Origin: Takakia lepidozioides
Taxonomy: Eukaryota; Plantae; Bryophyta
Assembly (NCBI GenBank): GCA_030704615.1
Contig: CM060734.1
Span: 32,798,001-32,862,000 of the forward strand
Direction: 5' to 3'
DNA length: 64,000 nt
Part shown: one piece after another, positions 1 through 13,180 of the stretch
How positions within the stretch are numbered: the stretch's first letter is position 1
Layout: each line of letters begins with the position of its first letter
Program-made: the position numbers and the translations under genes
The notes under the pieces: model-generated
Told to the model about the DNA's origin: nothing
Database searches by the model: none
What the model saw: only the letters and a program-made list of their open reading frames with translations

Positions 1-561
1 AGAGGAACTTACCAGGAATAAATACCAGAAGTTACTACCATGTTATCGAAAGTTACCGTGATCTATCATGATTTATCATAAATTATCATTAGTTATCAAA
101 TTACCGGGAGTTTACCAAATTACCGAGAGTAACTTGGGAAACTGCTCAGGAAGCTTCTTTTGGAGGAAACTTCTCCATCAAGAAACCTCCTTTGGGGAAG
201 CCTCTTAGGGAACTTCCTAGTAGCCACTATATATAGAAGGCGAGACTTGACACTCTTCAGTCTCGCCAACACTAGTTTAAGCTACTCTTGTTTCCAGTTT
301 CCAGTATCTGGTACTCCAGTCCAGTTTCTAGCATTCTAGTATTCAAGTCGTGTTCCAATATCTTGTACTCTTGTTCATTGTTATAAAGATCGTTTTGTTT
401 CCTATTTACTCATCATGCATTTGGTCACGCCGACCTTGACTTCTTGTCTAGTCTTGTATCTCTAGTCTGATCTCTTGTTTGTGTTCAGTCATGTTCTCGT
501 CATTGATAGGCTAACCCTAGATTACGAATAACGCTAGGCCATTGCAATAGTATACTTATCA
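1..561. mobile_element. Probable LTR remnant (solo or 3' LTR), cut by the window edge
   Basis: Non-coding, with reiterated TTACC/TTATC units (1-125), a TATA-like CTATATATAG (~227) and a T-rich R/U5-like tract ending ...CTTATCA near 561. No PBS follows. It abuts and truncates the MULE relic. Confidence 0.4.
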
Positions 562-599
562 CCAGATAAGTGACTTGATATGGAACTGTCGGATGAATC

Positions 600-1980
600 T
601 GATGCATATATTTCGGGGCCTAGAAGTGGACCTACCTCCTTGTGAAAAACAATGTAGTGGTTTCAACCTCAAGAAAATTGTAGCTTGGATCATCAACTTG
701 GATGGTTGTTGAATACTTCCAAAGATTGTGCAGCAGATTGTGGAGGTGATTCCTCAATGTACTAGATGCATTCTCCCGATTTTGTTTGTGTGGTCCTTGC
801 TTGTTTTGGCTTTGTTTCAGTGGAAGCGGCTGTGACTCTTGGCTTCATCTTCTTCTTCTTTGCAGGTTTTGCTCGACGTTTCTTGTGTGCCATTGCAGGG
901 GTAACATCCAAGAGGGCCGTAGTTCTGTCCTCTGGACCGTATGAGCAGTAATACCTACAACCACAAACTACATTCCGTTATTATCACTCTAAGGGGACTC
1001 ATGCACTTTCTGCATTCATGGAAATCATGGAATAGGCATTGCAACACATGAACGGCAGCCCAAGATGTACCTTGTTATAATCAAAGCACTGTTGGTGCGA
1101 GGAGCTAACAGAGATCCCTCCGGATGGCCTCTTTGGTGATGCCTGTGGAAAGTGCATGGGCCATCTGTACAGGAGGATTCCCCAGTGATGAAATCAACAA
1201 CGCGATTCCATGGAATGTAGGCGACTTAGGCTGAGTCTTGGCCATGAGGCTTGATATGCCATTGCAAACGCCACTGTAGTACATGATGGTTGAAAACACC
1301 TGCATTTGGCAGTTGCACTTGGTTTCGAAGCAACAAAACAAGATGAGACACGATGGCTTTAGATTTCTCGCCAACCAACATGTCGATTTGCAATTCAAAG
1401 AGGAGGCGGTGATGATACAGGCTGAACATAAGGTTTCCTGGTGACAACACGAAGCTACAGGAGGGTAATTCCATGGAGACTCGCCTTTGATTACACATCC
1501 ATTTGTACTCTCATCCATCTGATTACACATCCATCCATACCTACACACATTGATCCTAAATCCCACAAGTAGACGAACAGTCATGTCCATTAAATAATAC
1601 TAAATTTGAAATTTAAAATTTGAAATTTAAAATTTGAAAATTGAAATTCAAACTTGGGTACGCATGTGTTGGCTTCGCTCTCACTATGGGCTCATGTTAT
1701 GTTCATGACCACATCTGATATCTGGCATGGATGCGTGCATGACCTACATGTATCATGTGTTATATAAACGACATTCCATGGGGTGACGGATGGGGGGCGG
1801 GGGGCGGGGACGGGCCGCGGCGACCGCGAGCCGCGCGGGAGCCGGAGGGGGGGAGGCGCTGTGGGGGGCGAGGGGGGTGCCACGCAGGCAGGACGGAAGG
1901 GCTCGCATTAAACTCCCGGGCCTTTTCTGGTGTGCGCCCAATCAAATACAACGGAGACACATGCCCCCCGTGACAGTTAG
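600..1980 (-). mobile_element. Degenerate Mutator-like (MULE, SWIM-finger family) element: 5' end plus N-terminal transposase exons
   Basis: Minus-strand translation VQLPNAGVFNHHVLQW...*VAYIPWNRVVDFITGESSCTDGPCTFH...GSL, a GT-AG intron (~955-1070), then RYYCSYGPED. This parallels the N-terminus of plant MULE-related SWIM proteins (LIPYxRVDxF..GE..CPT.F...YWCSFGPE; At1g60560/At4g13970 type). Premature TAA at 1226. An AAATTTG(A) tandem tract (1600-1652) and a GC-rich block (1780-1980) resemble an element end. Confidence 0.7.
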
Positions 1981-3558
1981 AATCTCTGGCACGCATTTTG
2001 AGCTCCTTGTACATGGGTTGAGGGCTGTGTTGACCAGGATGGTTAGTGTGGCCCTCGTCAACGTTGGATGTTAAAGTTCTCTTTCTGTCTCCTCTTTGAG
2101 GCCATCCTGATTCTCAGCGATCTTCCACTCTTGGCCTTTACAGTGCATCAATATAAATACGCGTGTGTCTGTATCTGTATTCTCGCCGAGATCTTTGTTG
2201 ACCCTTTTGCTTTGTGTTCTTTCAAATGTATTCGTGAAGGTGTGCTGGAGAGATGGGTTGGCATGTACATCAGATCTTGGTGTCTGGCAGGAGCTGGTGG
2301 ATATGGGGTGGATTGGTCATTTGAGACAATGGTGTCTAGATTTGAGTAAGTTGCTATGGACCTGCAAATGGTACTCTGTACATACAAGTGGCTATGGTTG
2401 CAATGACATTTCACTATGCAAAGTATCGGCTCTCTCCCTCTCTCTTCATATGCCTTCTTAGCAATGACTGGACTCGTGGTTGCCAGAAAAGTCTCCACTG
2501 TAGCAGGAGGATACCGGACCGCGAGGGAGAGGATCTTGATGATAAGGATGCCTGTAGCCACTATCAGAAATAAAACAGGCAAGGCAAAATGTTGCATGCA
2601 AAATGGCAAGAGCTTCACCCTTGCATCCCCCTGCCCAGGGAATAGGGATTGTGTGATCCACATTTCCCCAGACCTTGACACCCTCAGCTAAGTTCTCCAC
2701 AAGCAGCCTATTCTTCAGGGGTTCCCCTTCCTGTCGTTGCATGAACCACACCATGTAATCTCCAGCATGGGCACAAGTTGAGTATGGGCACCACTTTCAG
2801 CTGCGCTTTGATGCTACAATTCCATCGGAGCATGCTAAGAGAACCAGCGTAAGCTTAAGCGTCTGCACGCAAGAGCGTGACCCAGCAACGCATTTGGCAT
2901 TGCCCAGCATTTGTGTTGCCAATGGTATTTCTAGAATGGCTTACTAGTTTCATTCCATACATATTGAGAGGTTAAGAGACCTTCAACTGCAGAGGGGCAT
3001 GAATCAGCCCAACACATCAGACTAAAGGGACACAACGTGGGAGTAACTCTTATTGATACAGTTTGATTGCCCAAGAGACAATGGCTGAAGCCCATGAGAA
3101 TGCAAGCTCGTGAAGAGGAAAAAGCAAAAGTTAGGATAAAGCAGGGTTTACACCAATGGATTGTTTACCAGAGGGAGAGAGACTAGCACAGAGAACAACA
3201 GCATGAGGGTTATTTTGCAACCATGCACCTCATTTCCAAACAGCATACAGCCTCCGGCTCCACTTACCTGCTGTGATGCTCCCACCCAAGCTAAGACAAG
3301 TAGGGGATCAAACTGTAGCAATTAAAATGAAATAATATTTCATACGTCAATAACCCATCAAGTGAGCCAAACTAGCCCCACATATGTACAAGCTCCTTAC
3401 ACATTGCCAAATTTCCAAATCAATGCTTACAATCTTAGCAGAGATAAGGACTCATGCTCATGCTTATCCTCACACTTCTTGTGACCTTGAGTAGAAATGG
3501 TAGAGGTTTCAGCTTTTCCCCCAAGCCCAACACCATTCCAAAGAAAGGATAGAAAGAA

Positions 3559-4836
3559 TCAGGGGTGCTTCTTTTCCCACCATTCCAAGAACTTGAGGTT
3601 GGTATCCAGACAATTAAACTTGTAAAGGCCCAGTGCCCAGGTTGCCCCTTCTTCAGCTATTGCCCAGGATGCTGCTGCTCCGCCTGCAAGAGCAGCAACC
3701 GCACCAACTCCACTGCGCGAGTACTTGTAAGCCACGGCAGCCGTTGCCACCCCTCCGATCAAACCCCCAATATTGGCTGCCATGGCCCCCTGCCTCACCT
3801 GCCATGAACGATGGAACAGTCCAGCCAAAAGAACGCATCACAGGGATGCTCATGCACAATCCTTTGGAACTCTTTCCTAAAAGGCAACTCCAAGACTGCC
3901 CACTGGCTAGGGCACTTGCCACACCATAGTTGGTCTTGGCTTCGAATCATGGAGCCAACAACCCAGTCTGGTCAATGTGCACCTTGGCTAGGCGGCCAGT
4001 CCTGCCAAGTGAGTGCGGAAGGTTTAAATGTTTAGGGGAGAATAGCTCAGTAAGAGGGTCGCAATATAGGTGGCCTTTCCAAGCCCACCATTTTCTCTTC
4101 AATGTTAAGCTCTTCTCATTTCCTGTTGATTTCCCTAAGCTCTTGAACTCCAGCCCATCCAATTGACTATTTTCATTATTATAAGCAGCTGTGCTGCTAT
4201 TTTGAGAGGCATGCTGAATATAAGCTAACTGAGCCCAGGTGGTAGTCTCATATTTACATTGTTTTAATTCGGCTTACAAACAGATGCAGTCCAAAGCACA
4301 CTTTGCTGTTCCTGGCCTGTAAGGCTGCTATGGTTTACTCTTAAAGCATTGCTATATGGCGTTTCAAAGGCTTCAGCCTCAAACAGCAAGAATTCCAACA
4401 ATTATGTCAAAAGATTACTAACCCTCCTCGAGCCCATGGGTTGCTTAACCACCGGACTCAGTATGAAAACCGACCAGAAAATGCAATATAGCTCGCATAC
4501 AACCAACAAGAATCCGTTTGCAAATAATGCATGACAATGTAAGGACTAGTATCCACTGATAATGCGACCCGCTCTGTAGAAAACAGACTTGACAAATGGG
4601 GCTGTGAACTGCAACACAGAAGGAAGAGTTGGACGGCAGGATCGCACCAGCTGTAGTCGAGGACCATCGACCGGTTCCGAGTTGATGAACTCTTGAACGT
4701 CGGCCTCAGTCCAAGGAGGTAATGGTTCGTCTCTTCCCTCAGTAATGCCGGTGAGTTTGTAAAACGGAGAAAATCTTTCGCGCCATGCTTCCTTGTCAAT
4801 CGCCCACCAGGGTTTGTAAGAATCCCCCCCGCCCAT
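3559..4836 (-). CDS. SDH6: Succinate dehydrogenase subunit 6, mitochondrial (plant-specific complex II subunit); 2 exons 4836-4648 and 3798-3559, 142 aa
   Basis: Spliced product ...WRERFS...RDEPLPPWTEADVQEFINSEPVDGPRLQL|VRQGAMAA...AYKYSRS...LYKFNCLDTNLKFLEWWEKK matches Arabidopsis SDH6 motifs (PLPSWSSSDVEEFIASDPVHGP; KFMEWWERK). Canonical GT-AG phase-0 intron. Confidence 0.92.
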
Positions 4837-4939
4837 CCTCCCGGTTCTTCAATTTCTTCCGCAAAGACCTCGCCTAAAATATCTTCAGCTCTCTGTCGGA
4901 TCGTCTCTCGCGTGGAAAATCTCTGGAATTGAGACACTC

Positions 4940-5350
4940 GGGCTTCAAGTTTGCACGAAACCCTAGACTTCTCAAAAACTTCCTCAAAATACGCAGTTCG
5001 ATCCTCCGAAAAATTTGAAAAAAATAGGGATAGTCAGATCCTTAAATAGAGATTTCCGCGATCACCTCGTTACACTTTTCTCCTCCTCTCTGTGCATATA
5101 AACGACGGAAATGAGCCTCGACACTCAGAAAAAAACCAGATTTCCTGAACGCTTCGTACTCACTCTTCCTGTCAACACAGTGAATCCAACGAATCCAGAG
5201 ATGCCCACGACCGCAGCTCTTGTCAAGAGACCTAAGAACCTCCAGGCCTCTCCCCCCTATCTCCACCTCTCCATCTCTCTCTCTCTCTTTCTCTTCTCTC
5301 TCCCTGTTTCCTCCCAGAACCGAAGTGGGTTTACGCTAATCACACTCTGT
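4940..5350. promoter_or_regulatory. Short divergent promoter/5' UTR region shared by SDH6 and dCMP deaminase
   Basis: Head-to-head genes. Telo-box-like AAACCCTAG at ~4958, TATA-like CATATAAA ~5095, CT-rich leader 5255-5305 followed by a GTGAGT donor at ~5349. Confidence 0.5.
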
Positions 5351-6228
5351 GAGTAATCTTCATTACTATCACCTGCTTAGCCGCAGCCCAGTGCTTAGTG
5401 CTTGTGGGTGATCCTGGGCTCAAAACTTCAAACCTAGATATCCTTCAGGGATCCGACATGGGCTTGGTTACTGCGAGTAGCAGGTCGCTGCGTTTTCCCG
5501 CGTTTCTGAAATGGAAGGAGAAGACGATGCTGGTGGGCAACCTCAGCGCGGAGGTTTTTGACTACTTGAGCTAAGAACAATGAGGAGGAGCGATTTGTAG
5601 AAGGTGGGTCGGTTGAGTTTGGGAAGTTTGATGTAAGTGTCTCACTCGAATGTTTTCTGGTTTTTTTCCTAGCAGATTTCCTGCTTTGAGGGTCCCATTT
5701 CATGTCTGAAGTCTTGTATACAAAAGTGTGGGGTGCTTATTCAAGTAAAGGGAGGTGGTTGAATTTGTTTTCAGTAGACTGCATGTTCTCACTCGCGCAT
5801 TCTAATTCAGCGACAAAGTGAAGAAGGTGAAGAATTGATTACGACTCCGTGCCCAAGTTCTTGACCAGGAACGATAAAATGGTTGCGTTTATTATTTATA
5901 CCAGGGGCCCTGTTCAGGCCATTTTTTTCCCACAATTGATTGACCCATGCATTTAGCAATGGCTTGATTTTCAATTGCAGTGATGGAAGCGTGTAGGTAA
6001 CAACAGATCTTACCTGCACTTGCATTGACATAGCGTATTGTAACTTCTTGCAGAGAGCTTTAAAATCAAATGAAGGCACACAAGTGAATCATTCTCTGTG
6101 GGAGTGAGTCTTGCGATTTGATGCTCCAAGTAGAGTGCATCTCTCTGCCAACAAGGCTACAGTTGGAGTTGTCATCTCTGGGAGATTTCTAAAATAGTTG
6201 CTCGGAGTTCTCTTAAGTTGCCCTCAAT

Positions 6229-9200
6229 ATGCCAATGAGTGGTCGGGATGTGGTAGTGGTCTCGGCAGCAGCGGCGCTTGGGGGAGGGCTGGTGGCCATT
6301 GCATTTACGTCTGGGGCACTCTGGAATCAAGGTCGACAACCGGGATTTTTGCCAGGGTTTCCGCAAGTTCAATCCTCAAAGCGAAAACTGCTGCATCTGA
6401 CATTGCAGCCTTGGATCAAGCCCCTTGTTCGATGCCTCACATTACATTCTGTAAGTGCCGTAGTTGTGGCTGGACTAGTGCGTGATACAAGATGTTCGTG
6501 ATACCAGAGGGTTTAAGACTTTAAGGATTCGAATTGCTGCTGGGTATGGTGCCTTCAGGGATCAATCCTGACCATGACAGATTGTTAGGGTGGGGACCTC
6601 AGTCAGCTCTTTGTGCTTGAAAAGGCCCAATTCATCCCATGCTATGTGACCTTTCAGTTCTCTGCTAGAGCATCTGATGCATCTTCATTATATCAAAGCT
6701 CTATTTTGCAGCTGCACCTTGCCGATGTTGATGATGGAACGAAAGAAGAGAGAGATCACTGTGTTAGCCTTTCTACACCATCAGAGCCGGGCTGGCGTCA
6801 ACAAGTTCAAATTGCAGCCGAAGAGAACCGGATTGAAGGCTTATGTCGAAATCCTGAACATGATCTGTCAGGGGAGCTGTGTCTAGAGAATGGGCAATGT
6901 GTGTGTTCCACCTCGCCACTCTGTTACAGGGCTGGCAAGCTGGATCCTTTCAACCCTTCCAAACGCCAAGGGTAAGTGTTGTACTTGATGCGTGCATAAA
7001 TGTCACGGATCTGGAAAAGCTGAAGTTTACAACAGTTTAGCCCTTTCTGGATGAGATTGAGGGGTTCGGTTTACAGAGTACTAAGAGTCCAGGTTCTGTC
7101 CACCTATAAAATTTGTGAGATGGATGAGATACCTAAGAAACTATTGGGGCAAGGCGGAGCAGGTACTTGTCATGGGATGATTATTTCATGTCAATTGCAT
7201 TTCTGTCTGCAAGGCGCTCAAAGGATCCCAATCGCCAGGTAGGCTGCTTTGGAGAGCCAACTGTAATGGGACTGAAATATATGTGCCTGAGTTCCGTAAG
7301 TACACACCTTGGCAATTTGAAACCTCATTGCTTGAGTGAACCATGTAGTGTCTTCGCCTCCAATATGGCTTAAATCCAAGGAAGGCAACCACTTGCAGAC
7401 TAGTGAGTCTTTCTAGCAATCGCTCTGGTTGTTTGACCAATCAGCAATGCTCAGCTAGGAGATTGTCTGGAAGGTCACCAACACTTCCTCTCTGAAATTG
7501 CTATCTTAGAGTCATGTTCAACCAAGATCACACTGGGAGGTTTGGTCTGCAGTTCCCATTTACCAATATAACAACCTTGCTTAGGTGCATGGAACAATTA
7601 TTACCATTTAGTTGAAATACCTTCTCTCACAAGTGTGTGTGTTTGTGTGTAGGTAGGGGCGTGCATAGTGAGCCAGGACCGCGTCATTCTTGGTAGGTTA
7701 TTTTGCAAATTTGTACAGGTCTTCGCTGGTTGCAATATCCCTTTGTGGAAGTCATGCAACTAAGTTCGCCAATGAGGATTATAGAATTTCGGTTGGGGTG
7801 GTTGACAGGAATTGGATATAATGGATTTCCGAGGGGTTGCTCAGATGATGAGCTACCTTGGGCTAAGGTTTGTTTGCCCTTCCATTTTGCACTCAGCAGA
7901 TGCTTTTAACACCTGTGAGGGAGGGGTAAGATGAAAAGTTATGTCCATGCACGCATAGAGATAAAGACAGGCAGAAACAGAGGGGAAAGAAGCAAAGTTT
8001 TCACAGAAAACTCAAAAGTGCATATGGAACGAAGAGAATTCACTCATAAGATGTTGTTTGCTGTAGCCTTGTGGCCATAGACCCTGCTCCTAGTTTTGGT
8101 GTGTCATGAGGGACACTACCTTTGTGAGCGGCTCACTCCACTAGTGGGACACTTTGATAAAACAATTTGTTCAGGCTTCCAGATTTCCTCTAGAAGGCCC
8201 CTAATACAAGCATCTATCTGCTGTTTGTGATCTTGTCCTTCAATTAGACCCCAGCGGGGCCAGGGCTTTAGGCTCAGGGTCAAGATTTTGATAGTCGGTG
8301 AACAGAGGTGCAGGGACTTTGGGATCAAGAGAATTAGGTCAGAGGGCCAATAGGACAGTGGAATTGAGGGAGATGATGAACTTGCTATAGCCCTGCACCT
8401 TGAACACAGCAAAGAGATGTACTCAGTAGACTTTGCTCAAGGTAGGCTTATGGCCATACATCATGCCAGGTTGAGACAGCAGAAAAGAGAGACAGAAAGA
8501 GAGAGAAATAGTTTACTACATTCATGGGGCCCCAGAGGAGAAAGAGAGAGACAACAATTCATGTCTAGCATATGCAATACAAATAGCTATTTTTTAGTGA
8601 TTGAATTGGTTTTACTCCTGCTAGAATGACAGATGATTGTTGTATGATGTCAAAGACGTACAAGTCACTTGTGGTCATGATCTTCTAGTGGCTTGCAATG
8701 TTCTTTCCAGATGTCGGTGAATGGGGACCCCTTACAGACCAAATATCCGTAAGCCCACCTAAACCTTCAAATGTTTTGTTCTACTCTTCGCAAGTGGATC
8801 TGTCTCAAGACATAACTACTTGAATCACCACCTATAGTGTTCTGCAAACATGCTGATTGACTTTTCCTCGTGTTGTAATGGGGATGCTCATACACAGAAA
8901 GTGGTTCAAACAACTAGACACAGTTTTGGGTGCCTCTCAAATTTTCCACTGCAGATGGACTAATACTGAAGATTAAAGGACCGTCATTTGCAACGTTATT
9001 AGACCTACCTTCAAGTGCTCATCTGCCGTGTCGGAGGGCAACTCTAACCATGCTCAAACTTTAGAACCCATTCAGCTTTCAGTGCTCTAGAACAGCTAAT
9101 GTGGCTGTTCAGGGCGAGTTTGGGGTACTGCCCTTGAGCCGTCCACATGGTGAGTGCAAAGTCAGATGGTGGGGCAGTTGAATCAAATGCCTAATACCAG

Positions 9201-11136
9201 ATAACCTAAGATGATCGACTCTATTTCTTGGAAGCAATACTGTCCTATTAAACAGGCTAAGTCCTGGCAGAACAGGGTAGAGGAGATTTTTAAGTACCTG
9301 AATATTAGGCGGAGAATTAACCCTGCTAGATGAATCTGACTTGGAGGCTGAAGTGCCTAGGGCCATGTCGGAAGCATGAAGAATGTCTCAAAATGAAAAC
9401 CTGAACTTATTCCCAGTTTGTGACATGGGTGAGGACCTTAACAATGACATTCTCTGAGGTACATTAGGAGTAGAGTGCATTCTGTAAAAAGGTTTTGACT
9501 GAACAGACAGAAAACCTTGTTCAAAAGAAATTTTGTAGAAGTTGAGGTGGTTTCAAAGCTTGATACTTTCAGAAGACAGCATGCTATTTCATAAAACTTA
9601 TACCATTGGGAAATTCGTTGAAAATCCTCCTCTTTCAAGTCAGCATGAGAGATATGGCACATTTCTAGAAAATGAAACGTTGTTTTGGATTTAAAGTGTA
9701 TTCATTACAAAAGTATAGAAAGATATCAGCCTTCAGATTTCACAGCTGCTGGCTTTTCAGAGAGGGAGGGAGGGAGAACTTGGACCCGGTGTTTTTGGAT
9801 CTTGGGGAGCTCTAACCATGTTTGCTTGAAAATGGTGACTTTTTCTAGCACCATGCCCACTTTTGGGGTTGTTGAAAGCAGTAGGAATGGGGGCTGAACG
9901 ACCTTTGAGTGCCGAAGGCACTTAACCGTAAATTTCTGGCTGTGCTTGGTGCAGTTATGTTTGTCATGCTGAAGTAAACGCTATACTCAACAAAAATCAA
10001 GCTTCAGCTGCTGGTCAGGTGTCAACTCTGTACCTCAACAGCTCTCTCTTCCTTCCAGCTGAGTTTGGTGGATAAACTTGATGCTACTGTCAAGTGTATA
10101 CTTGCCTTAAGCTTTACGTCAGAGAACATTCAGCATGATCATTTGTACACCACTCCAGTAGTTTATTTTGGAGCTAACGAGAGTCATGTGGGACTGTGGC
10201 AGAGGCTGTATGTGACCCTGTTTCCTTGCAATGAATGTGCCAAAGTTATCATCCAGGTACCCTTCTCCTTGCGCGCTATTCCACTGTCTGTATATCTCCC
10301 CTCTTTCTTTATGTCCCTTCTTTTGTGTGCACCTCTTACTCGTTACATAGACGTTAGCCTCCAACAGACAACTCAGTGACAGCGCACTTGGCCCAACTTA
10401 TAGTGGGGAAGTAATTCTGTATAGCAAAACGAATAAGCGTTCATCAACCCAGCTCTCCTTGAGGGGGTTTATATACAGGACTTTTCCAGTCTCCAATGAA
10501 GTATGTGATGCTGTCATCCAAAACCACCTTCCAATCGCCAAAGTATTAGCCTTGGAGGTCAAAGAGGCACTAAGATTGGGCTGGCTCGGGCTGGTGTCAT
10601 TCTTCTGCCCTTCATGCATGTGGCCTAAGTTCTGTTGCACTTACCATTTGCAATTGTGGTGTTCCAACAGGCCGGAATAGTTGAGGTGGTTTATTTCTCA
10701 GACAAAGGTGCTTCAGTTGACAACTGCAGTAGCCAGCCAGACCCTGTATACACTGCATCTCGTAAGCTTCTGTCCATGGCTGGTGTCAAGGTGAGCCATT
10801 TTGGAGCAGTTCACTCATGATAATCCTGCTGAGTTCCTTGGCTTTATTTTAGCTATGTGCCATCACCTTTGCATATTCTATTCATCATTTGGTTAGGGGT
10901 CTGTACATTACCAATTGTCTGTTTATGTTTGTGCCTCTAAAGCTTCTTTCATTTTCCATCCTGGCTACCAGATTGTGGTTTTCTAGTCCCAGACAGGGCT
11001 TATATGCTAGTGTTTATAAACCCTTGTCCATCTTGACTGTCTTTGATTGTGCCCCTTAGTAACTCCTATGTGTTCTCAAGTGCAGGTATGGCAACACCAG
11101 CCAGCAACGCGGACGCTAGTTCTTGAGTTGAGGTAG
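6229..11136 (+). CDS. DCD: dCMP deaminase; about 10 coding exons (6229-6450, 6712-6971, 7163-7238, 7652-7692, 7809-7867, 8711-8748, 9955-10018, 10203-10256, 10670-10790, 11086-11136)
   Basis: Spliced motifs [65 protein letters not shown] (HAE zinc/catalytic motif) and LFPCNECAKVIIQ (PCxxC). GT-AG junctions keep the frame. Confidence 0.93.
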
Positions 11137-11590
11137 CTTAGGTACCACAAACTTTCTTTTTCCCTTGGGAAACCTATCTAAGAAGTACAACTGAATATTT
11201 TGATCGTGCATACAGTGCCATTATAAATACTACATTGCATATGCTAGAGCCTTGCTCACATCATTTTAATAAAATTGTTTGTTAACTGTCGCACTGTTTA
11301 GATGTGCCAATGTTCCATGCTGTGTACAAAAAGAAACAAGTGTATGTCCATAAAAATTACAATAGAAGTTTTCGACAAGCATTTCACAGCTCATTTCAGA
11401 TGTTTGGACTCCTCCGCCGTGAGAGGCATGAGTTCGGAAGTAACAGATGTACACGCAGCCTCCGGACATTTGATATTAGGTCAACGAATCATTGGACGAC
11501 ATGGCTCTTTAAGTCCACGAAAGAAAAATGGGTTACATCCACTCGTTGAGCCGAGCAAAGCACACTATAACATAGTGAGATAACAGTTAA

Positions 11591-12280
11591 CCCTTCGTTA
11601 GCTAAGTTTTGGTGGGCCACCCCCAAAATGGTACACACCCTCATGGATGAGGGTGTAACTCCTTACCTGCAATCATCCACAGATTTGAACCTTATAAATC
11701 CCTATGTAACTACCATATCCATCTACTCATAAAGTTTCAGCCCATTTGACCGCCGTAATTGGCAGATAATAGCAAAAGAAAACATGCTTTTTACAAATTC
11801 ACTCCCCAAAAGAAGGGGTAAATTTGGTTTGACCAGCCATTTGCTGTATAGAGTTGAATTTTACTGTCAGAATGCCCACCGTATTTGTAATGGCACATAC
11901 AAGTGCCCTCTCAAAAAGTGAGACCCAAATTCCAAAATAATCAATGGGCTGCTTTGTATGTGAATTTTGGGGGGTAAATTTCCCCAATTTGCTGTAGTAG
12001 AAATTTTTGTTGGAATCCAAATTCCTACAGTCAGTCTATGCTTTGCCCCGGTGTAAAGTACACTCTCAAAAACATTCTGATAAAGAGCAAATTTCTAGGT
12101 TGGATGGGACTTTTTATGAAACACCTTCGTTTTTGTGTGGCGTTTGTTGGAGCAGGTAGAGGACAAGGGCGCCTACATTTTTCATTCAGAACGCATCTTC
12201 ATCCAACTTCATCCACATCAGTTAGGAAACCAAAATGAAAAACCTAGCGACCCATTTCAGGGAGGCTCGTCGTTAAAGGG
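11591..12280. mobile_element. Possible non-autonomous piggyBac-like element (690 bp) in a TTAA site
   Basis: TTAA|CCCTT... at 11587-11595 and ...AAGGG|TTAA at 12276-12284. Non-coding interior. Terminal inverted identity is only about 5 bp. Confidence 0.4.
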
Positions 12281-12284
12281 TTAA

Positions 12285-12726
12285 GCAGAAATTAATTCGG
12301 AAAAAAGTGCCTAATCAAAATAAATCATTTTTGACAAGAGTGCCTAATTTTAAAAAATTATCTTCAAAGGGTGCTTAATTTTCAAAAATTTCTCTAATAG
12401 TGCCTATGGTAAAAAAACTTGAATTTAAATTAAAAAAATCTAGAATAGAAACAAAATCTAAAATGACATCCATTTATCATGATATTCATTTAAAACGTCA
12501 TCCATGGCAGTCTTCAGTTTGCTGATTTTTCATTTACATTTAAAACGTCATCCATGGCAGCGGTTGTATTTTTATATTTTTGAGTTTTCATTTTGTGATC
12601 ATTAATTAATTTGAAAAAATTACACATCCAAGATGCCTAATTTAAAAACATTTCTCAAAAATGCCAAATGGCCCCAGAAATAATTATTAGGGAGGCAAGT
12701 GCCTAACCGGCTATCCCGCTACAGTA
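12285..12726. mobile_element. DNA-transposon end with a subterminal motif array
   Basis: AT-rich tract with about 6 copies of (G)TGCCTAA(T) and a duplicated CATTTAAAACGTCATCCATGGCAG, ending ...CCCGCTACAGTA. No partner end found. Confidence 0.45.
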
Positions 12727-12750
12727 CAAGCACACTACCATAATAGCAGT

Positions 12751-12991
12751 AACAACAGTCAGTAGCTCAGTTAGTTAGGGCACTGAGTACCACCCAGATG
12801 ATTCTGGGGTCAAATCCTGCTACTTGACGGGTGTGCTATACTCTTCTCCCCCTTCCCGGGCAGTGTCCCATTTCTCAGCCTCCATGGCACGGTTATTGTG
12901 AAAGAGGTTACTTTCTCCTCTCACTATAAAGGGGCCTGATTTGTGAGCTGTCGCTCCCAGGTGTTTTCCTTAATTAAGGAAATAAAAAAAA
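12751..12991 (+). mobile_element. tRNA-derived SINE, family A, copy 1
   Basis: A-box TAGCTCAGTTAG, B-box GGTCAAATCC, 3' end GAGCTGTCGCTCCCAGGTGTTT plus A-rich tail. Colinear with the copy at 46115-46337. Confidence 0.8.
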
Positions 12992-13180
12992 CAGTAATGA
13001 CTCACGAGTGAAGGTGTACAGCTTTAGCATGTGTGAGCACAAGTCTGTTGCTACTAGTGTTTTTTTTTTCCAAAATCGCAGGGAGGGTGACATGTAGATT
13101 CTACCCAACGCCCATGTGGCGAGAATAACGAGGTGACAGAGCTGGAAAAGAGGCTATATTACAGGTGTCATATTATAACA

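Noticed and set aside
2000-2950. Overlapping short ORFs, one with a weak fucosyltransferase-like phrase (TFLATTSP)
   Set aside because: No consistent frame and no second supporting motif.
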